Source: Eledone cirrhosa
Lineage: Eukaryota
Assembly: GCA_964016885.1 (NCBI GenBank)
Contig: OZ024740.1
Span: 47,368,001 to 47,432,000, forward strand
Reading direction: 5' to 3'
Length of the DNA stretch: 64,000 nucleotides
The notes below the pieces were generated by a model, which saw nothing but the letters and a program-made list of their open reading frames with translations, did not search any database and had not been told where the DNA came from. Below are positions 57,408 through 64,000 of this stretch, piece by piece; position 1 is the stretch's first letter; each line of letters begins with the position of its first letter. Position numbers and translations under genes: made by a program.

Positions 57408-58545
57408 TTATATATATATATATATATATATATATCATGAAAGCTTTCAATTACAAGTTCTAACAAAATCAAAATGTATATTTCAAACATAAGTGTATGA
57501 ATGCGATGAAAGTACAACCAAGCATATATTTTTAGATGAATTCTTTTGCGCGGGCTTGTGTTTGTTCATATATGTAAGTATTGAGTGTGTATATATCAAC
57601 TTGTATGCATATGTATTTAAACGTTACACATCAAATATATTGTTAATGTCTGAGGTCACTCAGGCATGTATATATGTGTAGGAAAGTGGAAATAGGAAAT
57701 AATGTAGGAAATAGGAAAATGAGGTAGAGGTTCCATGAATACAGATGGAAAGGAATATGAAATGGGAGATGCAAAATGTAGAAAGTCGGGGGAAAGAATA
57801 GAAAAGTGTAAAGTGCAAAGTGTATAGAAAGTGCTCAATGTATTTATTACGCGAGCAGGTACTTCCCGAAATGAGAACACTTTGTAAATATCTCATTGCT
57901 GTGGTTAACTCGCTGTGGGTGCTCTAGCGTTAGAGAATTAGGTTTCTTTTTGTACTACAAATATTTATTTCGTAGATCCGTATAATCGTTATTTCCAGCA
58001 CTCTCCATTTGACGTTATAATCTGCTCTTCAAAGCCCATATAAAGTTTGCTTATGTCGTATAAGTTCTTTTGCCAGCATGTTTGAAGAGTGAAAGTGGTT
58101 GCAAGATGTAAGTTAACGTGATCTTCAGCCAAGTTAATATAATAAATTTTCTCAGCTGTTTAGTTCGGTGAAGCTGAGGTACCCTCTGTCTTTTATCCGA
58201 CCAGTTTGATATTATATGCTCAGTCTTTTTTTTTCTACATGAACATCTCGGGTGGCAGGAATTTTCAACTTTCAAATTTAAGACAAAAAGGCTTTGGACT
58301 AGATTATTTCTGGGTCTCTTCCTTTATATTTGGCTTGATTGAGTGATGCAGAAGACCGTTTTCTTGAATCCGCTATATAGTAAAGAGCTAAAGCAATATG
58401 GATCACTTTATCTTTAGAGATTAAAGATGGTGCGGCTAATATTGGAGATAGAGGGGAATGTTATATTTACATATCTTAATCCCTCTTATGTATATTTGTT
58501 ATATGTAACATTTTATACGTATGTACACTCACACACACACACACA

Positions 58546-58629
<84 letters not shown>

Positions 58630-58639
58630 TATATATCGA

Positions 58640-58856
58640 CAGTCGATCGACTTTCCTCAAATCGGACCGAGGAAACTATGTTTCCATTGGTCTTTCCAAT
58701 TGCTAATACTATCTATCGGCTGCAACTCCAGATAGAAGGAGCAGCGTGAAATAAAGAGTCCTGCTCAAGGACATAACGCATCACCCGGTCCAGGAATCAA
58801 ACTCACAACCTCGCGATTGTGAATCTAATTATCTACCTCAGCCACGCGCCTTCACG
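58640..58856 (-). mobile_element. SINE family B variant
   Basis: Homologous to 46515-46732. Confidence 0.8.
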
Positions 58857-60603
58857 AGTATATATATATATTGTTATATTTGAGAATGGTTATGTGGCCA
58901 GTATTGCTAATTAAAACAGGCACTATTTCATTTTCACTTCAGCTTTATTATTATTTATTAGTCGAAGTTCTTTCCTCACAAATTGTCTGACCTCCTCAAT
59001 AACTATTTGCTTTCCTCTGTGCCTCTTCTTTTTTTCTGGTCCTATTTTGTTTGCCTCACCCAAACAAAATGGAGTGAACAAAATAAGATTAGAGAGACGC
59101 AGCGGTACAAAGGAAATCAAATAGTCATTGTAGAGGACACAAATTGTGTGACGAAAGGATTTTCACGAACTAACTAATAACTTATAATAAATCTGATGTG
59201 CGTATGTTTTTATGGGCAATATTGGAAATATGACCATCCCCAAATATAACAATATCTGATCGCATCAAGAATCTGACAAAACAACTATATACATACATAT
59301 ATCGAGCATAGGTTGCACTCACAAACAATTGGTCAAATGCACGAATACTGAAAACTTTACCAGCGACCAAGACACAAGATAAAGACTTCTGCTTAATACT
59401 ACTTATTGATAATGTCATGGCTGCTACAACTACCGTAGCCTACATAAATAAGATGTTGCAGATCTACAAGCACGTAATTATGAAAGAAATGCTGCGTGTC
59501 TATTATAAAGCAAGTATGCTCCGAATACTTCTACAAGGCGAGAGCATATGTAAATGTATGTAAATATGTATATAATGTTATAACTGTTACAATATCGGGC
59601 TTTTAAATGCCATATAACCACTAACAATGTGTTCCAGGAACTGGCAAACTGAAGGCAACGTTAATTCATCAATCTTAAACATTCATTAACCTTCTGTAAC
59701 AGTGGAGATTACAGTGATAATGAATGGGACTCTACTGGAACTCTTGACCCAAAGGAAATAGCAAACAAATCTCCCTTAAATGGCACCCTACCTTTTAAAA
59801 AGCACTGAATAATGTAATGTAGTCCTAAATAAACGATAACATAGTAGTTACTGGAGACTTAATTGGTGCTTCACAGCAATGAATGTAAAGAATATGTAGG
59901 GTAACTGTGTTCGCTTATTGAAGGAAATGTTTCCAAAAGGGTGAACCTAAATGATATTACTACGTTGTCTATCAACTTGTGACTGAAAACAAACATTGTG
60001 CATCATAAACATATGTATATACACACATTTATGTGTACATTTATGTATATTCAAATTGTTTGAAATTCACATCTAACCTCTGAGATATCACCATCAGCTT
60101 ATTGAAGAGGAAATCAAATATATGAACTATAGTGAATACATACATATAGTCAACTACATGCCCATACATTATCCCGAAAACATATGTGCGCATACTGTTA
60201 CAAACACACATACACACACACAGGTATGTACAACCCACTCACGCTTGGGTCCATGTTCCATTTTCTCTGTTAATTTCTTGTCTTGGTTACAAATGTCTAA
60301 GTTTGAATTCCAGGTGAGGAAACTGTGACGCTGAGTTATAGTAAGTATGGTGCATGTTTGAGTTTAAATTTTAACTCAGCATGATTCTATTTGTTTATAT
60401 TAAATCATTATCTATTATTTCAGCTTCAATTTTTACCTTATATATGTCTTGATTTTCTCTTTGCGTGCATCCTCTTTCATACTTGAAGTCTTTAAAAGTC
60501 TTTTCCATATCCCTGTACTCTATACCCTAAATTCCTGTCTATGCTACAGCATATTCTCATTACCACCCGCAAATATTATATATACATATATTTATATACA
60601 TAC

Positions 60604-60741
<138 letters not shown>

Positions 60742-62645
60742 ATATATATTTATAATATATTTATATATATTTATATTTATATATGTATATATATGTACAT
60801 ATATGTACATTATATATATATATGTGTGTATATATATATATATACAAAAAAGTTTATATATATATATATATATACTTTTTTGTCAATGGAAGATACACAA
60901 AAATATATTCCCTCAAACATACATGCTGAGCAAACGAATTACAATAAGTTCTCCAAACAATTCCTCCTTTTCTCTCCTCAGGAACTGATTGTGATTCTTG
61001 AAATATAAGCTTCTGTGTACATGCTCTTTCCTCATGCCTGTCCTGATTCATCTAACTGCTTTCCCTTTGTCCTAAAAATGTTTTACTATTAATAATTCCC
61101 TCGCTGTTATTTAATCTAAATAAGACAGAATTTTACCATAATATAGTGTTCGGATGGAGTTAACATAATTGTAAGATATTTTCCGTTATTCATATAATGT
61201 AATAGGTAAGACTGAAACATAGTATAACCTGCTTGGTATCGGAAAGTCATACATTGAAACTGTACTGCTAGCTACCTATTTCTAAACATTCTATATTTCA
61301 TAATTTCAGATTTTTTTTAATTCTTAAAGAACTTTGATATGGATGCAATAAACCAAGTAGTAAATAATGGAAAAATGATTTTAATGTTGATTTTATTTAA
61401 ATTAGATTTGAAAAATTTATCAGTCTGTCTATAATTCTCACACATATGGATATGCTTCAAATAATTTATTAATTTACTACTAGATTTAAAGCTGTTTTGA
61501 TTATATTAATAAATACAGAGGAGTTAACATATTTTAAACTGAATGTGATTAGTTAAAATAACGTCATATAAACACATTTTATATTACATATATTAAAACT
61601 GTAAATGCAAATCATTTTTGTTTTAAATTGCAGATAATATGGAAATGTTAGGGTTAATCTAGGGTCTAAATATCATTGCTACAAATTCCAACTAGAGCAA
61701 GTTTTATAAATAGTTAAAACAAACTGAAAAGTTGTTATTGCATGTTTGCCTTTATTTGAGGCTTTTTCCCCCTCTAACTTCTTTCCTAAACTATTCCATT
61801 CTTTCCTTACCTTGAAACTTTATTCCAATCTTTCTTTCATATCATTAACTTGAAAACATTTTCTTTGATAAAAATAACAAAATCAAATTGTGGCGCTTAA
61901 AACATAATTGACCATATACATAACAATATAAATACATTAGCAAAGCATACGTTCTACTAATACAGATTTAATACATTAAATAATTTATTCATTTATACGA
62001 ATATTTCGATTGGTTTCTGGGTAGACAATATCTAAATGCCTATTAACAACTGTTTCTTGCGTTGTACGTTAATATATTGCTAAGTGACAATGTTATTAAA
62101 AACAATATGATTCGTTCCAATATATTTGAATGTTATCTAGGGTAAAGTTAAAGTTATTCTTTACTCCTTTAACTAAACTGTAGAATTTGTAAAAAAAAAC
62201 ATTTGTAAAAGCTGTTTTATAATATCAGAGAAATTTCGAGTTTAAAATTAACCTCCTAACTAGTATTACTATATGTTTATGTTATTAAGGTTATCGTTCA
62301 ACAATCAAAATAAAATATAGATTTAACGTAGTTTAATGTTAAAGTATGTTTGGAATCTATAAGCAATATTTAATTTCCTTAGAACAACATTATTTAGGAT
62401 TAATTATCAGTCATTTTTGTTTTGCTCACTTTCAAATAAATTTGGTTCAAGCTTCATTATATTGGTGATAACTCGTATGAACATAAAGCAAGATAAATGC
62501 AACTATAATAATAATAATAATAATTGAATACGTTATACCGAAAATATTTATTTACATACAGATGCACACTCATACGCATATATCTACAAACATTCATATA
62601 TATAGATAGATATGTATGTAAGTATATATCTATATCTATATCAAC

Positions 62646-62684
<39 letters not shown>

Positions 62685-63197
62685 AGTGTGTGTGTGTGAG
62701 TGTGTATGTGAGTGAGAGAGAGGGGGTGATGAGGCTTGTGTACGCTTATTCTAGTGAAAGTAGGATGTTGTTAGTTTTTATCAAGAGCCACAATGGCAGA
62801 CATTAATCTTGAATGGAATAACAGAGCAGTAATTTGTGAAATGGAGAAATAATTATCTGATTATAATCAGACAATGCTTGATCATAGATATTGCATACGT
62901 ATGTACGAGAAAAACTAAAGTGAGGTGTAAAACCTAAATTTTCAACAGTAATAAAAAATAACCGTTCTGCAGTAGCAGCTAACTCTGGTTAGCTAAGAAA
63001 AAAGAACACATAAATACTTCGAGATAGACATAAGTAATTATAATATTCCCTGATAACATTAGATTGAGCTCGGCCTCAACAGAGTAAGTGATGCACTTGG
63101 ATGTGGCTGTGTGGTCGCCAATCGACAAATAAAGAAATATATGATTTGCAATGCAAATTCTACCTACAACAACAACAACAACAACAACAACAACATG

Positions 63198-63249
<52 letters not shown>

Positions 63250-63252
<3 letters not shown>

Positions 63253-64000
63253 GATGCAGCCCATTATGCCGTGTATGCAAAAAACAACCAGAGACCATTG
63301 ACCATATAATTTCAATGTGCAGTCCTATAGCTCCAACCGAATACCTAAACAGGCATGACAGAGCTGCACAATACATACATTGGATAATGTGTAAGCATTT
63401 TGCCCTGCCCCATGAAAAGAATTGGTGGGAGCATCAACCACCTCGCATACTTGAAAAAGATCACATCTCAATCTTGTAGAACTTTAGCATCCAAACAGAC
63501 CGAAAAATAGATGCAAATGGACCTGATATAATATTGAAGGACTTTAAAAAGAGGGTATGTCTGCTAATTGATATGTCCGTTCCAATAGACAAGAATGTAT
63601 CTATAAAAACATTTGAAAAATTGAGCAAGTATAAGGACCTGGAGATAGAAATTGGAAAAATATGGAAATTGAGAACTAAAACAATACCACTGGTTGTAGG
63701 CGCTCTGGGAATGATACCTAAGGGGTCTAATGATTACTTATCGCAAATCCCAGGAAACCCGCGTATAGGAGAAATACAAAAGATAGTACGAATGGGAACT
63801 GCCCATATACTAAGGAAGATTCTGTCAATATAAGTACATCACAAGTCTAAACACTAAAGATGCATGTGTGAGTATGTATGTTCTTTCTTGAACATGGCGG
63901 ACCTTGTTGTCTCTTGAGGTCACTGGTTGTGACTTGGTGATAACCTGTATGAACATAAAGCAAGATAAATGCAACTGTAATAATAATAATAATAATAATA
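63250..64000 (+). mobile_element. Second R4/Dong-like LINE family, 3' end between (TAA)n tracts
   Basis: CRVCKKQPETIDHIISMC, RHD, PD..D..K; in-frame stop at 63477-63479; 3' UTR runs into (TAA)n. Its last about 40 bp recur alone at 62475-62522. Confidence 0.88.

Noticed and set aside
59700-59810. Possible downstream CAP exon (SGDYSDNEW...)
   Set aside because: No CAP or Cys-rich similarity; the distal part looks like dispersed repeat sequence.

Overview
AT-rich, microsatellite-saturated animal genomic DNA. The repeat repertoire suggests an octopus or other cephalopod (inference). The only host gene I can support is two + strand exons of a divergent CAP/SCP-domain gene (2366-2581, 18420-18538). 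The rest is mobile DNA: two tRNA-derived SINE families, RTE LINE relics, a tandem stack of R4/Dong-like RLE LINE 3' ends in (TAA)n, an L1/Tx1 3' end, two non-autonomous Helitrons, and a Penelope-like element (PLE) with about 1.4-kb inverted arms. The most striking signal is roughly 15-20 type-I hammerhead ribozyme (HHR) motifs from several sequence-unrelated families. Most lie in short fold-back cassettes next to (TA)n tracts. They share a layout: HHR, then AATAAA, then the arm end, then an ACTC..GAGT hairpin tail. Several have a CCGANGA core, palindromic loop III, or greatly enlarged stem II. The PLE-HHR link is established knowledge; the density, the variants and the shared cassette layout are what merit checking. 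All folds were read by eye. Most ORF-track entries are microsatellite artefacts.
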